DNA from: Lama glama
Taxonomy: Eukaryota
NCBI GenBank assembly: GCA_028534125.1
Contig: CM052839.1
Coordinates: forward strand, 14,074,001 to 14,138,000
Direction: 5' to 3'
Length of the DNA stretch: 64,000 nt
The notes under the pieces: model-generated
The model's input: only the letters and a program-made list of their open reading frames with translations
What the model was told of the DNA's origin: nothing
Database searches by the model: none
Program-made: the position numbers and the translations under genes
Shown here: positions 10,701 through 22,569 of the stretch, in pieces
Layout of the letters: every line of letters begins with the position of its first letter
How positions within the stretch are numbered: the first letter of the stretch is position 1

Positions 10701-13700
10701 ATGGGTGGCCCAAGCTGGGGTGGCGTGGGGCGGCGGGGCACAGCGGGCACAGACAGAGAGGCATGTGTTGCCTGACTCCCGGAACCAGCCAAGACCCCAG
10801 GCCTGGCCACTTCTCAGGCCCCGGCAGCCCCCATCGCCAGAGCTGTCAGTGCTTGAGGGCAGAGCAGCTCGGCTGAGACCCCTCCTACACCGGCCCCCAG
10901 GCCCCACGGCATACACACCCACAGTCACACACGAGCCTCCTCTGTCCAAGATCCAGCAAACCCCGACTTACCTCAATGACCCCGGGTATACAGGTCAGGG
11001 TTGTGAATTCATAGGATGCGGCCTCGCTGGCGGTGGAGGTCATCAGACTCAGGAAGGTGGACTAGGAGAGGAGGAGGCCGTTGCAGTGGGTCCCGCCCAG
11101 CCTCCGGGAGAAGCCGGGCGCTGGGAGACCCGCCTTGCCCCCGGCTGCCGTGTGAGGACAGCAGCTGGCAGTGTCCGCGCTGGCCTGCCTGGAGGGTCGG
11201 ACACCAGAGGGCCCTCTGTTCCCAAGGCCTCAGGCCTGTCTCGGGGGGGAATGGGACCTGGTTTCTAAGGGGGCTCCACAGCTAAATCAGGGGAACCATC
11301 CCCCACTCCACAAAACCCTGTGGACCCTCCTGGGCCCCAGAGAACCTGAAGCGGTGACAACCCCCAGCACCCAAAGCTCCACAGGGAAGGGCAGGGAGGT
11401 ATGGACCCTCCAGCCTGAGACAGGGAGGGACAGGTGAGCGAGGCGGGGGTGTGGATGGGAGCGGGGCTGCGGCTCAGCCCCTGCTGGGGACCCTGGGCGA
11501 AATGCTCGGTGCTGAGCCTTGGGGTTCCGGTCCCAACCCCATGCAGCACGGGGACCAGTGACAGACGCTGTGGCCCTGGGACCAGCCAAGCAGCAGGCAG
11601 CGCTCCCCGTCCTGGTTGGCAGGGGTCCTGAACCACAAGCCCCCTGGGCCTGCCCCTCACTGCAAGCAGGAGGCCAGGCACATCTCATTCACATGTCCTC
11701 GGGCCAGAAACTCCCACCCAGGGGGACTCCTGGACACGAAGGAAAGACAAAAACCTGGTGCAGAAGACAGGTATGGACAGATGGGGCGGTGCTTAGGGCA
11801 ATGGTTGCTGGAAGCCACCTGGGGGACACCTGCCCAGCCCTGCAGGAGGGAGGCCTGGGCCCTCCTATGCTCAGAGAGCTCAGCTCCCATCAGGGCCTGG
11901 ACCCACAAGGCACAGCCCATGTACCTCGAGGGGCTGCTCCCAACAGCCCAAGTGACAGGGTAACCTGGGGTGGGATCAGAACCCAAAGTATGAAAGCCTC
12001 ATGAGTCACCAGTAGAAACACGTGGTTCCATCAAAGGAACGAGAGGGGACAATCGCCTGTGCAGAACCCTGACATGGCGCTAACTCGCCCTGAACACGTG
12101 GGGGCCGCAAATACTGACTTCCCTCCTGAGAGGTCAGGGTGGATGGGGAAGGACGCGGTGACTTCCTGGGGGAGCCTGCTAACACGACCGTGTTCAGGTG
12201 ACCCAGGTCAGCACCCACAGTGGTCAGTCAGGTGCCCTGGAAGGGACAGGACAAAATGCTGCCCCGACTCCGAGGTCTTCCTCCCAAATCCATAAGCCCC
12301 ATGGGACTGGGAGAAACAGCAGACTCACCCCAGCTGAGGGGCAGTGTACGGAACACCTGACCAGCACGCCTCTAAACCACCAAAGCCCCAAACCACAGCG
12401 AGCCTCAGCAGTGGCCGCCGCCTCTGGGCCCTAAGGAGACACGGCCATGGAACACAGCGTGGAGCCCTAGGGGGGTCCTGGCACACAGGAAGGCCGTCGT
12501 CAGGGAAAACTAAGGAAACGTGCATAAAGTAGGGACCTTGTTAATAACAAATCTACACTGGCCCACCAGTGGTGACAGCACTCCCGCTGGTGCAAGATGC
12601 CAACAGAAGTGGCATGAGGCACAGGAACACTGGACTATCTCTGCGCTTTTTCCAAGACTATTCTAAAATTTAAAGTTTGTTCAAACAAAAAAAGCCAATC
12701 CCTTTTCTGCTCAAAACCTTGCCATGATGTTTCTTACTCCCCACATAGAAATTAGATCTGGACTTTGTACCAAACTGGGAGGCTTACAGAAGCAACTTCT
12801 AGGAACCTGTGCTAAGGCCTCTGGTTCACTCTTCAAAGCCGAAGCCATACGGCAGCCCACAGGCCACCCTCCTCCTGCTCCTCTGCCGCTCACTGGGCCC
12901 TACCTGGGCCTCTGCCCCAGTGTGCTCTACTTGGGGCTCTGCTCACACCTGCTCGCACAGCAGCCTTCCTGCCACCCCAGCACCACCCCCCAGGAGGTTC
13001 CCACCCCACCAGGTGTCTGCTCTCTTACCCTCCCACCCCCCCCCCAACCGGGCCCAGGTGCAGGAGCTGTGTGAGCAGGGACAGAACCACCTGTCCCCGC
13101 ATCCCGCGCGTGGCAGGTGCCTGGCACACACGCGCGCTCAGTCAACGTTTGTGCTCGAGGACAAGGACAAGTCAGAGGCTGAGTGGAGCCACTCCTGCTG
13201 GAGAGGCAACCATGTCCCCCATGAGGACGAGAGGGGGTGCTGCCCCTGGAGCCAAAAGAGGAAGTCAGTGAGGGGAGGCGCAGCCGTGTCTGAGCCCAGA
13301 TGACCACCCCCCAGGCCCGGGCTGCCCGTCACTGACCTTACCCACAGAAGGAAACCCGATCAGCGCCACGCGGGCATCGCCCGACTTCATGACGTCGAAG
13401 CCCTCGCCTTTGGATGAGGCTGACTTGGACGGCTCCAGGAGCTGGGCCCGGTACTTGGCGAGTTTCGCTTTCAGCAGGCCTAGGTGATACTCGGTAGCTA
13501 AAAGACAGAAAGCAAGACGGAAAGTAAGTGTCCAGGTGGTCGGGAGGGCCCCACAGGCAGCCGAATGCTGGGACCCCGCAACTGCCATCAAGATCAGGAG
13601 AGGAAAACACCGCTGCTCTGCTTAAAACGCCCCCTGGCTTTTCAGTTCACTCAGAACGAAGGCAGCTCCCCCTAAGACCTCATGACCCGCTGTCAGTGGT

Positions 13701-16254
13701 TCTCAGCAGGGTGGCCCCACTCCTGGGCTCATTCTGGGCAAGTTTCTGGAGTCGCTGTGCTGGGAAGCCCTCACTGGCACTTATCAGGCCGGGGCCAACG
13801 AAGCTGGCTGCCCCGTGAGGCGTGAGTCAGGCCAGTACAGCCGAGAACTGAGTGCTGCACAAGACTTTTCACATACAGAAGCCATCCACTGAGGGAACCG
13901 GGCGAGGATCTCAGGGGCCCGGCGCCTTTGTTTTGTGTATTAACACAGGGCATTTCTTCAGCGTGGACACATGCTGACGCTTCCAGGAATGGAGCTACTG
14001 TGTATGGTAAGGGGATGTTTAGGGGGATGCTACGCCATGTTTTGTTTGAAACTTTACCTAGAGGGGCTCACCAACCCGAGACCCCAGGCTGCGAACAGTG
14101 TGACCTCTTGTAGGGACTTCGGTTACCAACGGCACTCATCTGCATTGGTCTGCATCGTGGCTGCCACGTGCCCAGTGATCCTGCCCAGAGGTGCAAACAT
14201 CTCACTGCTGGTCACTTCACTATATCCTGACTGTGCCCCGACATTTACATACTGAATTAAACCTTGTTTTAATTATAAATCACTCTCCATTCCTCCTCCT
14301 TTATGCTACAATTACAGCATCATATTGGTCCCCCCCCCCAAATTCCTGCCTACAGAAGTCATACTCATGGTAGTGAGCTGCATTTCAGAGCAGTAATGGG
14401 GCAGGTACAAAATCCTGGCCACATAAGGCACTGTGGCCAGGTGACCAGGCTGCAGCCATTCCTCCATCTCCCACTGCCCGCCCCGCGTAGTGCTTCATTT
14501 TGTTTCTCCAGAACATGCTGGCCCACTCTCGCCTCAGGACCTTTGCACTTGCTGTTCACACCATTTCAATCCTATCTTCCCAGAGCTGGCTCCTTCTCAG
14601 CTCAACTATGGCCTCTTCAAAGAGGCCTCCCCTGCCCAATCGGGGAGTGGGGGGGATGTCAGGCAGAAATTAAGAGCCTGTGCTGGAATCCCACCCTGAA
14701 ATTGCTGGCCATTCTAGTTTGGAGAAAGGTCCTTAACCTTCCTGTGCATCAGCTTCTTAATCTGCAAAACAGGGACGTTAACAGTAATAACTGAGTCAGC
14801 AGATTCCTGTCAGTACAGAAGACTACGCACAATGACCAGCACAGAGCAAGACTCCAGAAGCCCACCCCCTCCCCCTGCCCCTCGCTGCCTCATGGTCAGT
14901 TTACTGTCCTCGAAGCTCTCATCACTCCGACATTCCAGCTGACTCTGGTTCTAGGGTCACTGAGCATGGAAGGTGTACCGGGCCCCTCATGTGCCCAGCA
15001 CCGTTGACCCTGGAACAACGCAGGTCTGAAATGTGCAGGTCCACACACACACAGATTTTTTCAACAAATACTACAGCACCACACAGCCCGTGGACGTGGA
15101 ACTACAGACGTGGAGGGCTGGCTGTGGGCCTCCGGCATCCACGGGTGTCAGTGTCTGCAGCGGGTCCTGGAACCTATCCCCCTGGGATATTGAGGCTTGG
15201 CTGCATCTTGCTTCTTGGCTTCCCTCACTCCAACAGGGCAGGGTCCCCAGCATACAGTGTGGGGCTCAGGAAATGTTTTAGCGAGCGAATGAGTGAAGTG
15301 ATGGCAGAGAGAAACGGTCAGGAATGGGCTCAGCGAGTCAGGTTCATGTGGTCCTTCCTGCCACCCCAGCGCATCAGCCTCAGCACCTCCGAAGGGAAGG
15401 ACCAGGTCCTGATGTCCCCATCCCTCTACAGCCCCTCCTCCACCAGCCACTGCTGGGCTCCCTGCTGCCTTGCTCGAGCCCTACCGGTGACACTCCACAG
15501 GGCCGCCCAAGGGAACTTCTAACACAAAGCATGTTTCTTCTCTGCTTAACACCCTCCACCAGCTCCCACTGCCCTTGTAATCCGAAGTTTAGATCTGATA
15601 CTCCATTATGTGCCCCCTAGGTTGCACTGAGTGCTCACCGTGTGTCCAGTGCTTTGCAAACACCATCAGGTTTATCTCGGTTGTGAGCTACGATGGGACA
15701 GGGGATTATCATCCTCATCTGCAGACGAGGACATTGAGGCTCAAAGAGGTTAGAGACTTTCCAAGCTTTACAGCAGATAGGTCGTAGAGTTGGGGTCCAA
15801 ACTCAGGGCCGCCAGACTCGAGTCCTGATTGCCTCCACACCACCTAGGGGCTCCGGGCTGCTGGTGAGGCCAGGTGTACCTGTGGGCGGTCTTCTCCTGG
15901 ACCTCCCAGCGCAGAAAGCTAGAGCGCCCACGCCCCAGGCCCGGCCCCCAGGAGACCCAGGTTCCAACCCCGACCCCGCCTTTCTGGGTCAGATGCTCGC
16001 TCTGTGGGCTGGGGATGCTCTGCTCGGCCCCCTGGCCTGGCCCTGAACCGACCTCTCAGGGTGGCCGCAATGAGGCGGGGCGTGGGGCCCGCATCCCGCC
16101 CCGCCCGCCGGCTCTCGGCCGCCCCCCGCCCGCTGCAGTCGCGGCCGGACAGGCTCCCCGCGTCACAGGCCCCGCCGGGCCAGCCCTCACCCTTGTTCTT
16201 CTGCGTGCGGGCGATCTCCTTCTCGATCTCGGAGATCTTCTCCAGGATCCCCAT
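4705..16254 (-). CDS. DRG2: Developmentally regulated GTP-binding protein 2 (OBG-family GTPase with TGS domain), 13 coding exons, 364 aa
   Basis: complement(join(4705..4791,4969..5022,5477..5535,6118..6206,7283..7359,7608..7705,8160..8250,8354..8426,8912..9002,10350..10410,10972..11061,13337..13497,16191..16254)) = 1095 nt. Protein [21 protein letters not shown]...[10 protein letters not shown], with G1 GFPSVGKS, G2 YEFTT, G3 DLPG and G4 NKID. Confidence 0.98.
4969..5022 (-). CDS. DRG2: DRG2 exon 12
   Basis: [18 protein letters not shown]; |gtgagt. Confidence 0.96.
5477..5535 (-). CDS. DRG2: DRG2 exon 11
   Basis: [20 protein letters not shown]; |gtgagc. Confidence 0.96.
6118..6206 (-). CDS. 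DRG2: DRG2 exon 10
   Basis: [29 protein letters not shown]; |gtgagt. Confidence 0.96.
7283..7359 (-). CDS. DRG2: DRG2 exon 9
   Basis: [26 protein letters not shown]; |gtaggc. Confidence 0.96.
7608..7705 (-). CDS. DRG2: DRG2 exon 8
   Basis: [33 protein letters not shown]; |gtgagt. Confidence 0.96.
7706..8159 (-). other. DRG2: U12-type (minor spliceosome) GT-AG intron, DRG2 intron 7
   Basis: 5'ss GTATCCTTCC; branch site CCCTTAAC (7718-7725) close to the CAG acceptor; no polypyrimidine tract. Confidence 0.93.
8160..8250 (-). CDS. DRG2: DRG2 exon 7
   Basis: [30 protein letters not shown]; followed by the U12 donor GTATCCTT. Confidence 0.96.
8354..8426 (-). CDS. DRG2: DRG2 exon 6
   Basis: [24 protein letters not shown]; |gtgagg. 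Confidence 0.96.
8912..9002 (-). CDS. DRG2: DRG2 exon 5
   Basis: [31 protein letters not shown]; donor |gtccgc. Confidence 0.95.
10350..10410 (-). CDS. DRG2: DRG2 exon 4
   Basis: [20 protein letters not shown]; |gtgag. Confidence 0.96.
10972..11061 (-). CDS. DRG2: DRG2 exon 3
   Basis: [30 protein letters not shown]; ctag| and |gtaagt. Confidence 0.96.
12430..12692 (+). mobile_element. Old L1M 3' end
   Basis: GGAAAACTAAGGAAA...GTTAATAAC...GCAAGATG...ACTATCTCTGC...CTATTCTAAAAT followed by an A-tail. Confidence 0.55.
13337..13497 (-). CDS. DRG2: DRG2 exon 2
   Basis: [12 protein letters not shown]...GFPSVGK; acceptor tttag|, donor |gtcagt. Confidence 0.96.
15001..15205. mobile_element. TcMar-Tigger (MER2/MER8-like) DNA transposon remnant
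   Basis: GTTGACCCTGGAACAACGCAGGTCTGAAATGTGCAGGTCCAC...GATTTTTTCAACAAATAC and terminal GGTCCTGGAACCTATCCCC...GATATTGAGG. Confidence 0.6.
15625..15815. mobile_element. MIR SINE
   Basis: ATTATCATCCTCATCTGCAGACGAGGACATTGAGGCTCAAAGAGGTTA core. Similar MIR cores occur near 1-60, 9295-9385, 14730-14790, 51030-51075, 52860-52980 and 59090-59150. Confidence 0.65.
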
Positions 16255-16620
16255 GGTGGCGGCGGCTGGCGCGCGCAGCGGCAGGACAGGCGGCGACAGC
16301 GGCTCCACGAACTCTGGCCCGTTGGCCGCAAGAGACCTGCGTGCGCCGGAAGCCCACGGAGAAAGGCGTCCCCGAGCGTCCGGCGCGCCAGGATTCAGAG
16401 TCCGGGTGGGCGACGTCGAGGGGAGTGCCAGACACTATTGGTTCCGCCCGCTGGGCCGGCGCGGCTGGGGACCGGGGAAGGGATGGGCCGGGGCGGGGCC
16501 AGGCTGGCGGGGCGGGGCCAGGGCGAAGATGGGCAGGAGTCGGGGCGTGGGGCTCTGAGCGGGAGTCTCCGGTGATGAGCTGGGGTGTTGATCGAGGGAA
16601 GCCCGGCGCAGCCCGTTTTG
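15920..16620. promoter_or_regulatory. DRG2: CpG island / DRG2 promoter
   Basis: Dense CpG around exon 1; GC boxes GGGGCGGGGC near 16490 and 16510; ATTGG (CCAAT) near 16437; ETS-like CCGGAAG near 16347. Confidence 0.85.
16191..16254 (-). CDS. DRG2: DRG2 coding exon 1
   Basis: GCCACCATGG Kozak; [21 protein letters not shown]; donor G|GTGAGG. Confidence 0.97.
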
Positions 16621-17111
16621 TGGGGGCAAAGAACAGGGGCTGAGCTGAAAGCCTGGGGGGTTATTCTGTGTAGAGATTAAAAGCGGGTCCCCAGCTTAGA
16701 CTTGCTACCTATCACACGCCTCCTGATAGGTTGCAGTATAGACAGCATCTCCTACGAGGAATTCTTGACAAAAAATACTACAGCTGAGTGGAGACCCGAG
16801 GGGGAACAGCAGCCGAGTCTAGAAAGTGGTTCATGGCCTGTCATCAAAGTCGTCAGTGATGTAGGTGGAGTTGGAGGCTGCGGGGAGTTAAAGGCTCGAA
16901 GTTAAAGGATGTTAGATAGAACGTTATGGACTTTGCCTGGATTCTGGCTGAAAATTTAAAAAGCAGTTATAAGAAGACATTCTTAGGACAATTGTGGAAA
17001 ATCTGACTTTGGATAGAATATTAGATATTAGAGTTACTATTAATTTTCTTGGGCATAATTATGCAGATTTTCTTTGTTCTTAGCCACTGTACATGGTGGT
17101 ATTCAGGTGCT

Positions 17112-17380
17112 GCCTTAGTCTGCTCAGGCTGCCACAACAAAATACCACACACTCGGTGTCTTAAACAACAGAATTTGATTTCCTCACCGATCTGGAAGCT
17201 GGAAGTCCAAGAGCAAGTTCCAGGTTGGTTGGGTCTGGTGACAGCCCAATTCCTGCCTTACAGACTGCCGCCTTCTTTCTGAGTCCTTACATGCCCTTTC
17301 CTCGGTGACTGCTCAGGGAGGGAGACAGCAGAGGACTGCTATCTGCTGTCTCTTCTTATAAAGGCACTGATCCAATTATA
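17112..17380. mobile_element. MLT1-family (ERVL-MaLR) LTR fragment
   Basis: TTAGTCTGCTCAGGCTGCCACAACAAAATACCAC...CTTAAACAACAGAATT...CTGGAAGTCCAAGA...TCTCTTCTTATAAAGGCACT matches MLT1 hallmarks. Confidence 0.7.
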
Positions 17381-17411
17381 AAAACCCTACTTTAAAAAAA
17401 AAAAGCACGTC

Positions 17412-17540
17412 TTTTTTTTTTTGGTGGGGGGAGGCAATTAGGTTTATTTATTTATTCTTAGAGGAGGTACTGGAGATTGAACCCAGGACCTAATGCATGC
17501 TAAGCATGCACTCTACCACTTGAGCTATTACCCTCCCCCC
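17412..17540 (-). mobile_element. tRNA(Ala)-derived SINE, camelid Vic-1-like
   Basis: Reverse complement GGGGAGGGTAATAGCTCAAGTGGTAGAGTGCATGCTTAGCATGCATTAGGTCCTGGGTTCAATCTCCAGTACCTCC has Pol III A and B boxes, then (AATA)n and a poly-A tail. Confidence 0.8.
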
Positions 17541-17754
17541 AGACCCTACTCTTGATTGTGGTGGTGTTTTCATTGGTGTATGTATCTATCAAAATTCATC
17601 AAATTGTACATCTGAAATATGTGTAGCTTACTGTACAGGAATCATAATAAAGGTGTTAATAAGTAAACAAAAAATAAATATATAAAATAAAAATATACAT
17701 AATAAAGGTGTTAATAAGTAAACAATAAATATATAAAAAACCCTACTTAAAAAA

Positions 17755-18580
17755 AAAGTATAATTGATGTAGAATGTTGTTAGTTTCAGGTGTACAGCAG
17801 TGATTCAGTTATACACACATAGATTTGTCTCCATTAGAGGTTATTACAAGATATTGAATATAGTTCCCTGTACTGTATGTACAGTGGGACCTTGTTGTTT
17901 ATCTGCTTTATAAATAGTAGTGTGTATCTGTTAATCCCAAACTCCTAATTTGTCCCTCCCCCAACACCTTTTCCCTTTGGTAACCGTGAATTTTTCATGT
18001 CTGTGAGTCTCTTTCTGTTACATAAATAGGTTCATTTGCATAATTTTTTGAGACCCCACATTCAAGTGATATATGATATTTGTATTTCTCTGTCTGACTT
18101 ACTTCATTTAGTATGAAAATCTCTAGGGCCATCCATGCNNNNNNNNNNNNNNNNNNNNNNNNNNNNNNNNNNNNNNNNNNNNNNNNNNNNNNNNNNNNNN
18201 NNNNNNNNNNNNNNNNNNNNNNNNNNNNNNNNNNNNNNNNNNNNNNNNNNNNNNNNNNNNNNNNNNNNNNNNNNNNNNNNNNNNNNNNNNNNNNNNNNNN
18301 NNTTTTGAATTAGAGTTTTCATNNNNNNNNNNNNNNNNNNNNNNNNNNNNNNNNNNNNNNNNNNNNNNNNNNNNNNNNNNNNNNNNNNNNNNNNNNNNNN
18401 NNNNNNNNNNNNNNNNNNNNNNNNNNNNNNNNNNNNNNNNNNNNNNNNNNNNNNNNNNNNNNNNNNNNNNNCCTCTCCAGCATTCATTATTTGCAGACTT
18501 TTGATGATGGACATTCTGACTGGTGTGAGGTGATTCCTCATTGTGGTTTTGATTTGCATTTCTCTGATGATTAGCGATAA
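17755..18580 (-). mobile_element. LINE-1 3' fragment (ORF2 C-terminus plus 3'UTR), interrupted by N-gaps
   Basis: Minus-strand translation IIREMQIKTTMRNHLTPVRMSIIK is the L1 ORF2p C-terminal signature; typical L1 3'UTR TTTCAGGTGTACAGCA...GATTCAGTTATAC. Confidence 0.85.
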
Positions 18581-19773
18581 CCCGCCATCAGCTCTGCCCT
18601 CACTCCTGCAGTTCTGCCAGCAATGCGTGGCTCGCTCCCCCACCTCCAGGTCGTTGCTCAGATGTCACCGGACCATCTTCTCAGCCACCGCACCCCATCC
18701 CATCTGGCCCTCCCAGTGCCCCAGTGCTGCCTTGCCCTTTCTGTGATGGCTGTCACTCAACACCACATCCAACGTACGTGGCAGCAGGTGTATAGCCTGC
18801 GAGGTGCCCCTGGGCCTCTCAGACCAGGAAGAGGCTCTTCTTCCCACTTCCCAGGTCAGGACGTGGACTCAGAGTCCGCATGACGCACAGGAGGTCATGT
18901 TAGGATGGAGGGCACAGCCGGGACTGAGAACCTAGGCTTCTTCCTGCAGACCTGCCAGTAAAGGGGCTGCAGCCCCACAGTCCAGTGCTGGGAGCGTCTC
19001 CCCTCTCCTGACACCACATCTCAGAAGAGGGCTCGTGATTCTAATCGTTCAGCCAAGGAGAGCCTGGAGGATACTTCATGCCCCCCGGGGCTTTGCCCTG
19101 AAAGGGGTAGAAACTCCCTTACTGTTTCAACCTGCTTAAAATTTAAATCTTTTCAACACTATAAACATTTCCTCAAAAATTCAAACAGTGTGTCCAGCCG
19201 TGCTGTGGCACTGCCTGGGAGATGGTCCCTAAACCTACTGCTAGAAGTGAGGCCCAGGTGTCCTGCCGCTAGTTAGGGTGGTTTGTCGAAATGAAAATCA
19301 AGCCCAGCAGGGTGGACGAGGGCCCGCGGCCTCTTAGAGTGCCCTGGCCGCTGACACCTGGCTTCAGGATGATGCTCGGTGCTGGTGCAGCCACTCAGGG
19401 ACTCGGGCGTTCCTCGGCACCCCTGGGACCAGCCCATCGACAACGCCTGGGCCAGCGCCAAACAGTGGAGCAAACGGTGAGCAGACAGCCCCACCTGCAC
19501 ATTCTGTGTGTGTCGTGTGATGGTATCAGTCCTGTACACATGCAAAAAGAAATGCTTCTATATTTCTGAAGAAACACAGAAATTAATCAAACAGAGCTCA
19601 AACAGAAGCGCAAAGCAGCTGACAACAGGGTGAGGACACACTGGTTCCCAGAGGGGCCTGGCCGGCTCAGTGCAGCCCATGGGGCCTCCAAACACGGGGC
19701 CAGAAAGCGGGCTGGGTCCTTGTCACAGAACTGTTTAGATTTACAAATAGGACAGACTTGCTGCTTAAATACC

Positions 19774-19779
19774 TTTATT
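19774..19779 (-). terminator. GID4: Candidate GID4 polyadenylation signal (3'UTR about 2.7 kb)
   Basis: tttatt on the + strand at the end of an AT-rich block typical of a distal 3'UTR. Confidence 0.5.
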
Positions 19780-22505
19780 ATTTTTAAAAAATTATTTGGA
19801 CATGGATAGCTCTGCAAAATACCTCTCCCACCCAAATCTGCAAACCCTTCCCACAAGTCCTCCCTAAAGAAACAAAATAGTCACACTTTTCGCGCATTCA
19901 AATCTAATTTTTAAAAACATGTAAGATTGAAAATCAAGTATTATTTTTCTCTTGGAGCCCGTTAGTAATTTTAAACCACAATGCACGTACTCAATGGCAT
20001 TTCTTTTTAAAAATTAGCTTATCAGACTATTTTATGAGGAAAACAAAATCAATTCAAGGCCTTAGAATATAAATTCCCTGTTTCTGAAGCAAAAGACACT
20101 GAAAGGCCCCTTTGCTCCCCTGGAGGCTGTGAAGCCGACGAGCTGGCAGAACCTGCACGCGGACAGACCTTCCGTCCCGGGTGAGGCGTCGCTCAGTGAC
20201 GCTGGGGCCGCAGCCGAGATGCTGTCAAGTCTGAGAGGTGGGTGGGTGGGAAGCGGTGGCTCCACACAGGGGAGGCGAGGCCGAGGCTGCGGAGTGGAAG
20301 CTTTCTGAGCAGAGGAGTCAGAGCCCGGTCCTTGGGACAGGGTGGAGGAAGACGGTAGAAAATCTGCGATCTGCACTAACTTCTTACTGACGAATACGAG
20401 CACCAGCCAGAAACACTGCACACGGTGCCAGAGGGGTGTGAACGACCAAGAAGTTCAGGAAAGAATAACCACGGGGGGATGACTGCCCAAGCTCCTTCGA
20501 GAACTGAGAAAAATAGAAGTCGGGCGGCTTGTCTGGGGGTTCCTCTCACCCTGACAGACAGGTTTCTGTGAGAACCAGCCTTCATCACAGGTGTGACCAA
20601 GAGCTACTGAAGGGGCCACTTCTCCATCCCCTACAGCCCACTGCACCCCAAGGCCGGGCCAGCAAGGACGCTAGCAGGCCCCCGACAGAGCATGGCCCAC
20701 CCGGGTGGTGGGCCCGAGCCAAATGCCAACACCTTCTCTGCCCACTGACCGCCCCCTTGGGATAACACACACGACCCTGGCAGTTGCGGGGTGACCTCGC
20801 CCTCAGTGTCCTGCGTGGCACAGATGCAGGCGGTAGTCAGGCCCTGGGCGCGAGCTGGGGTGGAAGGAAGCCGGTCCCCTGTCCCGGGACTGATGCTGCT
20901 GCAGGGCGTCTCCCCACTGCCTGGCAACCTGCTGGGTTTGACTGGAGCCAGCCAGCCTGCTGCCTTTGGGAGTTTCACAATCAGGAAAACGTTTCTCACT
21001 CATCCCTGGAGATGGACATGAATCACCTTTCCACCTTTTTTGGGCTTACCAAGTGGGCTGGCTGCACCTCTGCAGGAAGCCCAGGGCCACAGGGAGGGGA
21101 TGCCCACCACCACTCTCCCCTGTGCCCTCCTTTAAGGCCTCTCCTGGCGCTTAACCTCAGGCACATACAGCACAGATGGCGATGCAGTCACTCTGGCCAC
21201 CCCGGGGACCACAGGGCTCCATGCGCTCTCTCCGCCCGCAGACACGCGATCTCGCGACCACCCTGGCTGTTAGAGCTCTCCCTCTCGGGTTGTTAAGTCT
21301 TGTAAACCACCGGCAAACGCCAGTCCCCCGAGCCCTGCCCGCAGCTGCAGGCTACAGCGGATGCCACCCTCTTGAGCTTTTTAAACATTTAAACAAAACA
21401 CAGCAGCCACACGTGCACAGGCACACACGTGCGCGCACACACACACTTTGGCACGTGAGCCTCGAGCTGCCCGAGTGTTTCCGTGCTCCAGCCCCCACGA
21501 CCCGATACCTCAGACCTGCTGTCTTATGAGAACGGCGGCCCCTGCGCCCGCTGGAGAAGGTCGCCACAAAGCACTGCTGTCTTGAGTAGCAAGAGGAGTT
21601 GTGCAAAAGCTAAACCGGCCTCCGGCTCCCAGGTGGAGCACACGGCCCACGCCTGCCGCACAGCCACTGCACCAGGATGGCCAGCTCCCAACTGCTGGTT
21701 GATTCAACACGCATTTACATACAGATACAGGTATAAAACTGCTAAGTCGACATTTGCTGTTTTCAATGTGAAAACGATAAAGTGTAATTCTGAATAGTTG
21801 TGCATCTGCCATAGGATCCCTGTTAAAGGGACCATAAAAATTATTCTGTAATAAAAAACTCTCTTTTTTTTAAAGTTTAATATTGCCCTCAAGTTCGAAA
21901 GTTTGGAGCAAACGTGCTGAGTAGGCAGGACCGGGGACCTGGAAGCCTCAGGCTCTGTGGCCCTGATGGCAGGCCCGGGACACCTGCCGGCCGCCGGCTC
22001 GGCCCGGATGTCACAGAGCTGGCAGCGCCCAAGCCCGCCAGGCGACCAGCCTGCTCCCTGCGCAGCACTCGGGGGCACAGGGCTGGGGCTGCCTTCTCTT
22101 CAGCCACCGGCTAAGCAAGTGGGGCAGGGGCCTGGGTGGGAACCCCCGAGCGCCAAGGCCAAGGGCGCCGGGGCCGACCTGCCGGTCGGCTGGAAGCCAG
22201 GGTGGAAGAAGGAAGGGGCATTTCAGTGATACAGAAGTTAGCTGTGCAGGAAGGAAAAGTGCGTTGAAGGTAGCTTAAACACAGCTTAAGACCAAGCTGC
22301 CAGCGAGAGGGAGGAGGCTCGGAGGTGGCCCCTGCGCCGCCTGCCGCGCTCCTGGACGCCGTGGGTGGACATTCATGCTCTGATGCGAGTCTGCTCGCGA
22401 AGAAACAGGAACACACGCTCTCCTGGTTCCAGCAGCTGCACGACTCTCCTGGCAAAGCTCTTGTTCGCCAAGTGCGGCTTGCTCGGCTGTTGCTCCGAAC
22501 CGCTG

Positions 22506-22569
22506 TCACCGGAACTCGTAGATGGGCGCGCTGTGTTCAGGGACGTGAGTCAGGTTGAGCGACTGGTAC
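22506..22569 (-). CDS. GID4: GID4 exon 6 (coding part)
   Basis: [20 protein letters not shown], stop TGA. Confidence 0.95.

Noticed and set aside
17460-17540. tRNA-like sequence with A and B boxes
   Set aside because: It has an AT-rich/poly-A tail and no proper acceptor stem, so it is a SINE head rather than a tRNA gene.
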